Positions 10,571 through 21,944 of a stretch of DNA of 64,000 nt are shown here, one piece after another. Numbering within the stretch: position 1 is the first letter of the stretch; each line of letters opens with the position of its first letter. Origin of the DNA: Gracilinanus agilis (Eukaryota); contig NC_058130.1 in assembly GCF_016433145.1 (NCBI RefSeq), positions 143,768,034 through 143,832,033 of the forward strand, given 5' to 3'. The position numbers were made by a program, and so were the translations under genes. The notes below the pieces were generated by a model, which made no database searches, was not told where the DNA came from, and worked only from the letters and a program-made list of their open reading frames with translations.

Positions 10571-13263
10571 TTTCCTGACTCAGTTAAGTGCTTTCTTTGG
10601 CAAACTGTCTGTCAGACCCCAGAGTCTTCTTTCTCTTTTGTCTTCTTTAGGTTTACCACTCCTAATGAGCTTTTTTTTTTAGACTTTTCCTCCAACCCTT
10701 CTGTGACTGTTATCAGAAAGCCCTTTCAGCCAGGTCACGGGTGGCTGACTCTTGGGAGGAGGCTTCACAGTATAATAGAGAATGCTGAGGCTTTGAGCCA
10801 GAGAACCTGTCTAGAAATTCCATCTCTGTTACTCACTACCTGTTATCTTAAGGGAGTCAGTGACCTCTCTGGACCTCCCCAGTATCACAAACTCTCAGAA
10901 AAGGAAGGGCCCCCAGAGGTCATCTCTGCCAATGAGGAGCTTCCCTTCCAGTTCCAAATCCTTTGAGGATGTACATCCTCCTTGGAGGTGTTCTCCAGAA
11001 GAAGTCTTAGAGAAAAAGGGACCAGGATCAAAGAGGTATTTGAAGGAGAAAGAGAAAGTCTACACAGGCCAGTGGGGAGCCAGGGAGGAAAAAGGAAGAA
11101 GGGCTAAATTTTAGGACAAAGGAAAAGAGAGACAACCCACAAAGCACTTTAAAGTTTGTATTATCCCTTTTGACTTTCATAAAACCCTATGATGTAGTAT
11201 CATCATCATATTTTTTATATTCATCCTTATCATTTTATTTTATTTGTATGTTCATCATCATCATTTTAGACAAATTAAGCAGGGCTCAGAGATTAGGGGA
11301 CTGATCTGTGTTCATACAACCATTAAGAATTAGAGGTGAGATTTGAACTTAGATCTTGATGTCTCTAAAAGATATGGTTGAGAATGGCACAATAGTTACA
11401 AGCTTCCCCTAGGCCTTTATGGCCTGTCCTAGAATTGCCAGAGTCTCTGAGACATTCCAGTTGAGCTGATGGTTTTCAGTGCATCCTCCTGGTACCTCAG
11501 TTTCCTTCTCTCATTGGGTCTTTTCTCCAAGCCTGACACTTCTGCAACAAAACAAGTTTATTTGAGGCCACCTGGGGGAAACAGAGGAGGAGGAACAGCA
11601 ACTGGAGGAGCTTACATCCCTTAGGGGACCCAGATATACTCTGTGGACAGACCTGCTTCTTGGGACCCCATGTTGGCTTGGGCCACACAGAGACGGAGAC
11701 CCTTCCCCCTTGGCATCCCTTTCTCCATCACAGAACTGCCCTACCCCCCATGGGCTTCCTCACAGGCCCCTTTGTCTTAGGCCCCTCCTTCCCCTATCTC
11801 TACAACAGACTCTTTGTCTCCCATGGGAGGGGGAGGGTTGGGGTGCCAGAGACCCTGGATGAGTAGCTTCCCACAATTCAGCTCCCCAGTTCCAAATTGA
11901 GGGGGGGAAGCACACCTGAGCTGCAGGTGTGTGGGGGCAGGCTTTCTAGGCCGTTGCCCTGGTAATGCCATCTGAGCCTGGCGCCACACACCTGTTGCCT
12001 GGGGAACAGGGCAGGCAGGGCCCCTCCCCCGGGAGATGCAAGAGCCCTTGAGCTGAGACTGAGACAGATCAGATTCCCTAGGTTCTGGGGGTGGAGGGAA
12101 ACAGAAACTAGGAGGGGGAGGGCAGGGTGTGGGGGCAGAAAAGACTGAAACTGGGGAGAGGGGAACAGAGCTGCTATGTCATGGAGGGACAATTACAGAA
12201 AGTAGGAGGGGGTCCACAGAGTGAAGAGGGATGGGGAGGCATACGAGTTTCAAGTTGACAGGAGACTCAAAGTGGGGGAAATTTAAGGGTCAGAGTTTAG
12301 ATTTGGGATTAAAGTTATTTATGTGCCCCCTCCCTAACTCAAGGGAACCCAGGCAAAAATTGTTGTCCCTGACCATTTGTTCTTCCATCTATCTTTTTCT
12401 ATATATCTTTCCCACTTGGTAGTACTCTCTTATTACTTCCCCTTTTCTTTCCCATACTGGCACTGAATCCCATCGTTCCAATTCCCCCACTCCCCAGATA
12501 GCCCTAGCACCCACACAACAGACCTCTGGGCACCCCCAGCTCCACCCTGCCACCCGCCTCCTCCTTGTTGCTGTGGTTCCCCCAATCACCAGCTCCCAGA
12601 CTCCTACTTCACTCCTCCCCTAGCTCTAGTCCTATAACCACCCCCTGCCCTTGCCCTTCTAGTTCCAGAAGTGAAATTCTGGGGAGAAAGTCACCTAACC
12701 AAGGAGCACCTTCGCTTGGGAGCAGACCCAAAGGAAGATTTATCTGATCCCCACCCTTAATCCCAAACACACTACAGAGGACGAGTGTCAGAAACATCCC
12801 AAGACACATCCAGAAAAGAAACACAGACTAATCGGAGGAGCTAAGACCAAGCTCAGAAACTAAAATCAAGGGGCCGGACAGCTTCCTGGAAAGCAAAGAG
12901 GAGCAGCAACAATTATAAAGACCTTATTATATTGGACATTTTTAGAGGGGGTGACCAGGATCCTCCAGGCAGGGGGAAAAAGGTGGTTGGCCAGATACAG
13001 GGATCAGCCATCAAGAGTGAAGAATCCAGGCCAAATGGAAACGTTACTTAAACTCTAGAAGAAAAAGAGCAGCAAAAACTGAGAAGGGATTGGACCAAGG
13101 TCTGTCAGTGGGAAAGGAAGTAGCCCAGTCTCGGACAAGGGGATCATTGATGTAAGTGAGTCCTCTATCCCTTTCCTTTGGGTACTAAGAGCCTAGATTG
13201 CACTGGAAGCTTTCTGATCCCTTCAACCAAGGGCCATAAAGATTGAGAAGACCTAGAGGGAAG

Positions 13264-13917
13264 ATGGCTTCAGCTGGGCTGGAACTCCTGGGTCTGACTC
13301 TAGTGGTGTTGGGCTGGCTGGGGACCCTAGTATCCTGTGCCCTGCCCCTGTGGAAGGTCACAGCCTTCATTGGCAACAGCATCGTGGTGGCTCAGGTGGT
13401 GTGGGAAGGCCTATGGATGTCCTGTGTGGTCCAGAGCACCGGCCAGATGCAATGCAAAGTGTATGACTCCCTCTTGGCCTTGCCTCAGGACCTACAGGCA
13501 GCTCGGGCCCTCTCTGTCATTGCTCTCATGCTTGCTTTGCTGGGTCTGCTGGTGGCTATCACTGGAGCCCAGTGTACTACATGTGTGGAAGATGAGGTGG
13601 CCAAGGCAAGGATTGTGCTGACCTCAGGCATCATCTTCCTCATCTCTGGGATCCTGGTCCTGATCCCTGTGTGCTGGACAGCCCATGCCATCATCCAAGA
13701 CTTCTACAATCCTCTTGTGGCTGAAGCCCTGAAGCGGGAGTTGGGGGCTTCACTTTACCTGGGCTGGGCAGCTGCTGCCCTGCTGATGCTAGGGGGAGGA
13801 CTGCTATGCTGCACCTGTCCACCACCTCAGCCTGACCGGCCCAGAGGACCCCAGCTGGGGTACTCTGCTGCGTCCAGATCAGGGGCCTCTGGCCTGGACA
13901 AACGGGATTATGTGTGA
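13264..13917 (+). CDS. CLDN9: Claudin-9, single coding exon, 217 aa
   Basis: [10 protein letters not shown] start (ATG 13264, good Kozak context AAGATGG). W-x17-GLW-C-C claudin signature, four TM segments, ECL2 [17 protein letters not shown]-terminus GLDKRDYV (PDZ-binding YV). Confidence 0.97.
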   Translation: MASAGLELLGLTLVVLGWLGTLVSCALPLWKVTAFIGNSIVVAQVVWEGLWMSCVVQSTGQMQCKVYDSLLALPQDLQAARALSVIALMLALLGLLVAITGAQCTTCVEDEVAKARIVLTSGIIFLISGILVLIPVCWTAHAIIQDFYNPLVAEALKRELGASLYLGWAAAALLMLGGGLLCCTCPPPQPDRPRGPQLGYSAASRSGASGLDKRDYV

Positions 13918-14477
13918 GAAAGAATGACCACCAGTAGTCTTGATAGCAGTCCCAACCAGGACTCTCCAGTCCAGTCACTCCAGGGCATCTAACCCTATTC
14001 ATTGGCCAGAATTGGTTCCAGGGTTGGACTTTAGTGCTAAACCTAAGCCAATTGACCATTTCAATCTTAAAAACCTTTCCCTCACATTTCACTTACCCTA
14101 AAGAAATCTCATGTCTTTATATATTTATATGTATACTCTATTTGTAACTATACCCTGCTTCACTGTAACAACATTGTATTTCTTCCAATGTCGGTTTCTA
14201 ATCTGGCTAGCAAATTCAAAAGATCAACCATATCTCAGATTTTTGAGTGAGATCTACCTGGGAATGGGCCTAACAAAGACCCCTTTGTTTCCTTAGCCTA
14301 TTAGGTTCCGATCTACTCCCCACCTCCTAGGCTGTCCTCCCTCCCAGAATTCAACAGGAACTAATGAAATCTCAAGTCATCCAAATGTTCCTAAACCCCG
14401 CCTTTTCACTCCAAACCCCATCAGATATTCTAAAGTAAGCTCCAAACCCATGGTCGATTGGACTTAGTCCTGCCCTT

Positions 14478-14665
14478 TTTTTTAAACCCTTACCTCCCTA
14501 TCTTAGAATCAATACTATGTATTGGTTCTAAGAGTGGTAAGAGCTAGGCAATGGGGTCTAAGTGACTTATCCAGGGTCACAACAGGAAGTGAGGTCATGT
14601 TTATTCGAATGCAAGACTTGTCTCTAAGCTTGATTCTCAATTCCCTGAGCTACCTTAGCTCCCCC
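14478..14665 (-). mobile_element. Older SINE1-type SINE
   Basis: ttttaaacccttacc...aatcaatactatgtattgg...ggcaatggggtctaagtgactt...ctgagctacc. Confidence 0.8.
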
Positions 14666-15204
14666 TCCTACTTGTTTCAATTACCTGCCCCATTATGATC
14701 CTTTAGAACTTTTTGTGATTTCAAAGTAAAGTGCTCTTATATGATCTCATCTGATCTTCACAACATCCTGAGATAGTTACTACAAGTATTATTTCCCTGT
14801 TTTTATAGAGAAAACAAACCCAGAGGGGTTAAGCGACACTACTAGATGCCACCTATGCTGGAATTTCCAAGTCTTCTGCCTTCTTTTGGTCCACTAATCT
14901 TACTCCTACCCCATTCTAAGTCAGGTTTAATAGTGATTCTTTCACTAGCTCCCCAGCCCCATGGAAAGTGGGGGAAAAAAAAAGCACCCTCTCCTTAGAA
15001 CAAAATCTTAGATATCTCAAATACACCTAACACTTGTTCCCACTTCTACCCGGGCTGCCCTTCCAAGCCCAACTTTTAGGCAAAGAACAAAATCTTTGCA
15101 CTAGGACTTCTTCAATCTTCCTGCCAGGGGTAGGAGCCCAGCTTTCTGGTCACCTAGTTATCTGGACCCAGTAGTAGTAGCTTCTAATTCTACCTACAAA
15201 GAGG

Positions 15205-15210
15205 AATAAA
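15205..15210 (+). terminator. Candidate CLDN9 poly(A) signal
   Basis: First AATAAA I found downstream of the CLDN9 stop, followed by a GT-rich tract (gtgttttgt). Confidence 0.4.
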
Positions 15211-15525
15211 GGAAGTGTTTTGTAACTGGTCTCCATCTGATTTATATGTGGGATTTTGGTGGGAGGGTAGGGGACAGAACATATGGTTGCACAGGCAGAT
15301 CTGATGAGACCTGATACCCCAGCCCTAGAATACTGTTCAAGGGCAATCTCTGCTTCATTTCCAATAACAGGAGACTGGCCTTGGGGTTTTGTGGAGTTCT
15401 TTTCAATCCTCTCTTCCTACCATCACAGGACTAAGGTGTTCAATGCAGCCCATTTTAGCCACCCCAAAGCCAAGCAAACAGTCTCTTACAAATAGCTGCC
15501 GCCATCACCATTTAGCAAGACACAC

Positions 15526-15531
15526 TTTATT
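15526..15531 (-). terminator. Candidate CLDN6 poly(A) signal
   Basis: TTTATT on plus equals AATAAA on minus, about 630 nt after the CLDN6 stop. Confidence 0.55.
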
Positions 15532-16158
15532 CTCTAAAAAATATCCAAACAGGGTAACTCCACAAAAAGAGAATGAGAGGGAAAGCATCAATAGGATGGG
15601 GGGAGAATATGTTGGTTTCTGGATTAGGAAAAAGTATGTTAGAGCAGGATAACAAAAGCTGGCAGTGAGTTTGGGAGTCCAGGGGGAATGATAATAGCTA
15701 TGATAGTTCCCATGGAGAAAGGATAATGACTGAATCTTGGTGGTCCCATTTTCCTGGAAGTTGGGAATGGTAAGGACTGGGCACACTGGAGAACTCTGCA
15801 TTTGACAGATTAAAATTCATTCCCATAACCAAAGGTTAGTTCTAGAAGTCCCAGAGAAATAGCCTAGATCCACGGTAGTGCCATTATCCAGGAAAGGATG
15901 CTGGAGGTCTTGAGTGGCATCTCTGTAGCTCCTTATCGAAGAATGTCTAGAAGACATTATTTGTATCATCAGCAGCAACAAACACCAGAAAGAGATGTGG
16001 AGTTACCCTCTTGGCTCAGTCATCCAAGGGGTTTAAAAAAAAAAGTAAAACAAAAAACCAAAAATTTCAAGACTTCATCTTGAGAGGAAAGCAGGGGAAG
16101 GAGGACCTCCCTTACCTTAGGGAGTTCTTTGTTCTCCAAGCCCTTCCTCCTTCCAGAT

Positions 16159-16827
16159 TTATACGTAATTCTTGGCCTGGTACTCAGAAGGACCTCTGGA
16201 GCCCCCTGGAGGAGGGGCAGAAGCAGAATACCGAGCCACATAATGGCCTGTGCCCCTTGAGCTATTTTTGGGACAAGTGCAGCACAGTAACCCCCCACCT
16301 AGCAGAAAAAGAGCTGCGGCTGCCCAGCCAACATACAGGCTGGGCCCCAACTCCCGTTTCTGAGACTCCATCACCAGGGGGTTGTAGAAGTTTCTGATAA
16401 TCGCATGAGCAGTCCAGCATACAGGGATCAAGATCAGGATTCCTGACAGAAGGAAAATGATCCCTGAAGTCAGTACAAGACGATCTTTGGCATCCTCATC
16501 TTCTACACATGTGGTACACTTCGCTCCAGCAAGGTAGACCAGCAGGCCTACCAGGCCCAGCAGCAGAGAGACAACCGTGAGAGCTCTAGCTGCTTGTGTG
16601 TCAGAAGGCAGGGCTAGCATGGAATCGTACACCTTGCACTGCATCTGGCCAGTGCTCTGCACCACACAGGACATCCACAGGCCTTCCCATATCACCTGGG
16701 CCACTACGATGCTGCTGCCAATGAAGGCTGAGATTTTCCACATGGGCATGGCACAGGACACGAGGGTTGCTATCCAGCCCAGCAATGACAGGACCATGCC
16801 CACAACCTGGAGGCCAGCAGAAGCCAT
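16159..16827 (-). CDS. CLDN6: Claudin-6, single coding exon, 222 aa
   Basis: [10 protein letters not shown] start at 16827, with a splice acceptor ...ctttcAG| at 16850-16849 just upstream. Claudin GLW-C-C signature. C-terminus [13 protein letters not shown] resembles CLDN6 (recalled human SRGPSEYPTKNYV). Tail-to-tail with CLDN9. Confidence 0.96.
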   Translation of the reverse strand: MASAGLQVVGMVLSLLGWIATLVSCAMPMWKISAFIGSSIVVAQVIWEGLWMSCVVQSTGQMQCKVYDSMLALPSDTQAARALTVVSLLLGLVGLLVYLAGAKCTTCVEDEDAKDRLVLTSGIIFLLSGILILIPVCWTAHAIIRNFYNPLVMESQKRELGPSLYVGWAAAALFLLGGGLLCCTCPKNSSRGTGHYVARYSASAPPPGGSRGPSEYQAKNYV

Positions 16828-19800
16828 GGCTGGAAGCTTAGAGAGGACCTGAAAGACCAAAGAGAGTCAGAAACAGATTTTGGATTGGTAGCCTCATCCT
16901 GTTGGCCTACATCTAAACCAGTTCACATTTAAGCTAATATATCTCACCTAGCCAGTGACTTTGACTTTCTTCATTGGAAAGGAGCCCTTAATAAGTAATC
17001 CTATTGTTGGATATAGCCTTCTATTATACAGTATAATAACAGAAAACTATGAAGAGTATGGTTGGTGCAAGGAGCACAAGGCTGGATGTTTAGGACACTT
17101 GGATTTTAATCCTAGATCTAATATGAATTAACTGTGAGAAGTAGGGTAGATAACTTCTTTGAGTCTCAGATTCCTTTCTGTTAGGTGGGTTGTAAGATCT
17201 CTATTAGGTGTACCTCCCAACCCCTCTTCTAGATATTTGAAAACTGGCAAATGAAAAAACTGGAAACTCAATTCTGGGATAACAGAGAATTTGTAGTAGC
17301 TCTCCAAATTTGAAGCTTAAAACCTTGGAAATTCAGCATGAAGACATAAGAATGACTAGGGCAAGTCTATTCCTTAGTTTTTCTAACAAATTAACCTAAC
17401 AATTAACATCAATGAATTTTCCTCTGAGAAACAAGGAACACAATTATCATTGCAGAATCTCAAGACTACAGATCAAATTAAGTAGTTCTTTCCCTGGTTT
17501 CCATTGTGGAAAGAGCCCCGGAGTGAGCCAGAAAAATCTTTGTTTTAGAACCAGTTTTACCCTGGAGCTAGTTGGCTTCTCTCAAGGGCCTCAAGTTTTC
17601 TCCTCTGAAAAAAAATGAGGTGGTTAAATCCCTAAGATTTCCTCTGATTTTGAAGAGCTATGCTCAAATATTACTTCAGTTGGGACTCCCTAATTCCCAT
17701 ATATGGTCATGACTATTCCCTTTCCTCCCAATAGACTCAGAATTTGTTTTACTAAGATTTCTTTTTCTGTGCCCAACTAAATCTAAGATAGGGATGGCCA
17801 GTGGAGAAGGAAAAACCAAATTCCACCTATTGTTCTCTATATCCCTTCCCAAAATAGATTCTCACAGTTGGAAAGGACCTCAGAGGTCATCTTGTTCAAC
17901 CCCCAACCCCACGCTGGAATCCCCTCCACAATTGCTCTGACAGTCAGCCAGCTTCTTTGTGGGTATCTCCACTATTGCTAAATCACAAGGGTGTCGGTTC
18001 ACTCCAGCCCAATCTCCTCATACTGTACGGGGTTTCGTTTTAAAATTTAAATGCAGGAACTTATCATTTACCCTTTTAAATGTTCAACTTTAAAAAACAG
18101 TTTCATCTTTTTAAAATTTGGACCTTGGCTATAGGTGGCATCCCTTTTCCTTCCCAGCTGTGTTATCATTGGTCCTCAGCATTTTCAGTCCCTCTAATAG
18201 GAGAGTACAAATTCTTTTACTTTTGAACTGGACTTAGGGCAGGTACCAAAGCAACATTCTCAGAATCTCCCACTACCCCCACCCCAAGGCAGGATTTGGG
18301 ACACTCCCAGGTCCGCAGCTTAATTGGCTTTATCTACCCAGAGAGACCTCCCTCAAAGTCTCCCTCCCCCACCAAGTTTCTCCTTCCACACAAGTGCCTC
18401 CTCCCCCACCCCAATCCTAAAGAAGTTTCGGATCAAGTCACTTCTCTACTCAATAACTTCAAAGGCTCCCTACAGCCTCCAGGATAAAGCTCAAATGCCG
18501 AAGTCTTAGATTCCCAAACCCAAGGGCCACCAAGATCAACCTAGCCCCCTCCTCCCCTTCCCCTCAGCCCCATTTGTTCATTCATTTACCAAGTCCCTAC
18601 TACGTGCCAAATCTCCAGAGCTAGGCAGGGGACATACAGAGATTAAATACTTGGTGGAAACCCTCCAGGGAATTTTAAATCTGCTCCACCTCCACATGAT
18701 TCCCAAAGCCAGGAATGTGTTGTTCCCCACCCCTTCCCCCAATTCTACCTGCAGAGGAACTGTAATATGGTAGAAGGAAACAAAAAACCAGATTTGGAGT
18801 CAAGTGACCTTAACAAGTTCCTTTTAGACATTTTTTCTGACCCCTTCAAGTCTCCTGAAAAATAAGGGCACTGGGCTAGTTGAGCTTTAAGCTCCCCTCT
18901 AGCTTGAAATCTCAGGATATTATATGAGGTCCCTTTCTCTCAGGCCACTTATGGTGTTAACTTTCCCTATGAAGTTATTCTTGGTCCCCAAAAATCAATC
19001 TTCCCTTTCCTCCCGAAACTACTCCTAGTCATATATACTTCATGCTACCTTGTCCTTCAATGATTTGGGTCTTTTTTTCTGAACTCTTCCTTCTACAACC
19101 AATCAATGTCTGATTTTATCATCACTTCCTTCTTTCAAAATCTTCAATGGCTCCCTATGGCTTTCAGGCTTGCCACAAACAAGTCTGGCATTAAAAGTAT
19201 TTCCTCACTAAGTGCTTTTTACACTGACTGGCTAGCTCCCATGCTGAGAATGCACTTTCTTCTCCAATTCTCAGAATCTTTAGCTTCCTTCAAGGATAGT
19301 AAACTGCACAGGGGAACCTCTTAGGGAAGTTCGGATCCCTCTTAATTATTAAGTGCTCGCAATCAAATCATCTAGCATTTACTTATGTACCAGTTGAATT
19401 CCCCTAGTGAATATCAAGACCTTTAAAAGAAGGGACTAAAAAAACCATTCAGAGCTTAGATGTAATCATTGATTCTTTCCTTTTTCAATTATTCACAGCA
19501 CCTGTAATACCGCCTTGCATGTTGTAGGATTTTAAGATTTGTTGGACATTATGGAGAAACTGAAATCCAAAGTCTTCTCTTTTCCCTCCCAATTCCTCCA
19601 GACCTGGAGTTATGGCCCTTTAAATATGGCACATTTGTTCAGTGACTCAGTTGATCCCGAAGTGGGTAGTATACTTGCCCTCTCATCCCCAATTTTGTAA
19701 AAGGAGGAACTGAAGGTTTATAGTGAAATTACTTTCTGGTTCCAATCAGGTAGCCCCATCAAGTATTTCCAACTCTAAATCTAGGTAGGATCTTACTTCT

Positions 19801-21361
19801 ATAGCTCTGAGCTCACTGGAATCATAGATCCAGAGGTAGAAAAGATATCACATTAGAGGCTAAATGCCATTTAATCTGATCCCCTATTTTTACTTATGGA
19901 GAAAAAGAGATTCAGGGAGCCTGGAAGACTTGCCCAAAATGGCCCAAAGTCGTTGTTGGTGAAGCAGGGGAAGCCATGGCACCCCTGTGCACAGCTGGAA
20001 CGGGGGGAGCTGCTCAGCTTCCCCCTTTCCAAGTCGCCCAAGGACATTTTTTTGCATGCCCCACCAGCTGCCCAAAGCAAGCACTTTCTCCCTCAGCTCT
20101 CTCCAGTAATGGGGAGGGGGGTGAGGTGGGGAGGAAAGGCTCACAGCAGAATTTGTCCTCTTGAGCCCTGGGAAAAGGTTCGCCAACCCTAATAAGTTTC
20201 AGAGGTAGAATTGGAATCTTGGTCCTCTTGGTTCCAAGACTAAAGTTCTTTCCACAATACACTGAGTGATCTCAAATTAGAAATGAAAGATTTGGCCCCT
20301 TGGGTTCTTTCAAATACTGAATCTTGAAGGTTTGTGATTCTCCCAGTTGCTAGTGTCTCTCCAAAGTTCCCTGGCATTTACTGTACATTATGCACTCTGA
20401 TAGAGCTAAAAAAGCTCCTAGAAGGCAGGAGCTGTTTCACGTTTGTCCCATCCACCAAAGGCCAGATGCTTAGAATAAGCTTAAAAATTCTTGATTCATT
20501 TTCAACCCCAGAGATTCCTTACCTAGATTTGATGCCTTGGGACAAGATATTTGTCCTATCTGGACCTCAAGTTTCCTCATTTGTAAAATAAGACAATTGT
20601 ACTAGATTATGACTGGTTCCACAAACGCAGATTGCAGGATACTCAAGTCCTGCTCCAGGCTTACTCCAAATACACCCAGGCGAGGCCCAGGTCTTGGGGT
20701 TGTCCCTAGAGACTTAAGCCTCACTCTCAAGTGAGGCTTCCTTCCGACCGAAGGAGTTAAACCGGGGTGAAGCCATCAGGTGGCTTCACAGGGTCAGGTG
20801 TGGGAAGGGGCCCAGGTAAGGCGAAGGAAAGCTAGTGGACCTTCCCACTCTACAGGGGTCGGAAGGGGCGGGCCTCAGACCAGAGAACAAGGATCTTCGC
20901 TTCCAGTGGGAAGAGTGGCCCAGTCCGAAGGGTAGAGGGGAGTGGGGGGCGGAGATGGGTTCGGGCCTTTTGTTCCAAGAGAGGGGGAGGGGAAGGTTCA
21001 TTTTATGGGAAATTTAGAACAAGGATCCATTCCCATTCTGGGGAACCCAAGGCACCCGGGATCTCCGGTCTTGCTTCTGTCCCTTCGGACCCCGGCAATA
21101 TAAATTTTCTAGTTCTACAATGGATGGGGGCAACTCATGACCTTGTCCTAAAGACCCGTAAAACTGATTCCTCTAGGACCCGCGCTCCAAAACCAAACAT
21201 ATGATTATTCCCACCTAGGACCAAATCTTGGACTCTAGATCTGGGAGCTCCCCCACTGGACCCAAATAAAGTGGCTACCTTATTGCGGAACCCTTTTTGC
21301 CCAACTCCTAATCTTAGGGGTTACAGCCCTGTTGGGAAGAGGGACAGAGTTCCAGACTCAC

Positions 21362-21530
21362 CTGCCTTGGAAAGGAGAGAGCGCAGCCAGAGAGCAGGGG
21401 CAGAGTATGGAAAAAGGGGGCGGAGGCGGGGGTCTTAAAGAGGCCGCGAATGCCCCCGTGACGTCACGGGCGACCCGCCTCCCCCAGGGAGGGGCAGAGA
21501 CCCCTGCCCCGGACCCATACGTCAGGGCTT
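21362..21530 (-). promoter_or_regulatory. Candidate CLDN6 promoter and non-coding exon 1 within the CLDN6/TNFRSF12A CpG island
   Basis: Consensus donor CAG|GTGAGT on minus at 21362/21361. GC boxes, a perfect 16-bp palindrome CCCGTGACGTCACGGG containing a full CRE (21455-21470), and a half-CRE near 21520. Pairing with the 16849 acceptor is inferred. Confidence 0.5.
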
Positions 21531-21944
21531 CCTGAGAGGTTCGGACTGGAGACCAGAATTTCGCCCTCCTTTGCATCAAGACTCGCTTAACTTGGGCTAC
21601 GAATGGAAATTGGAAAAGGATGCAACCGGCAATTGTGTGGACCGAATTCTGGGAGACTAAAGTGTTTGCCAGAGGAGTTGAAGCTTTGAGAGAAAGGGAC
21701 ACCAAGCAATTAGAAAGGCTGAGCTACAGGGCTAGAAGCTGGGACACGGCCCCCGAGACACCTGAGTTCATTGAGGCGGGGGGAGGGTCGAGAGCTGGAG
21801 CGCCGGGGACTGGTAGTTGGGGGACTGTCCGCCACTCTGGAGGCGGGGTCCGGACTGGGACCGCCCCGGATAGGGTGGGCGGCGGGCGTGCCTCCCTGAA
21901 TCGCCTTCCCGGCTCAGAACGGGACCGGCCTCGGGAGAAACACC

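Noticed and set aside
13243-13263. Upstream extension MRRPRGK of the CLDN9 ORF
   Set aside because: The ORF-track start is a TTG. The conserved claudin start MASAG has a good Kozak ATG at 13264.
16828-16860. N-terminal extension [11 protein letters not shown] of the CLDN6 ORF
   Set aside because: It crosses the splice acceptor at 16849, so it is partly intronic.
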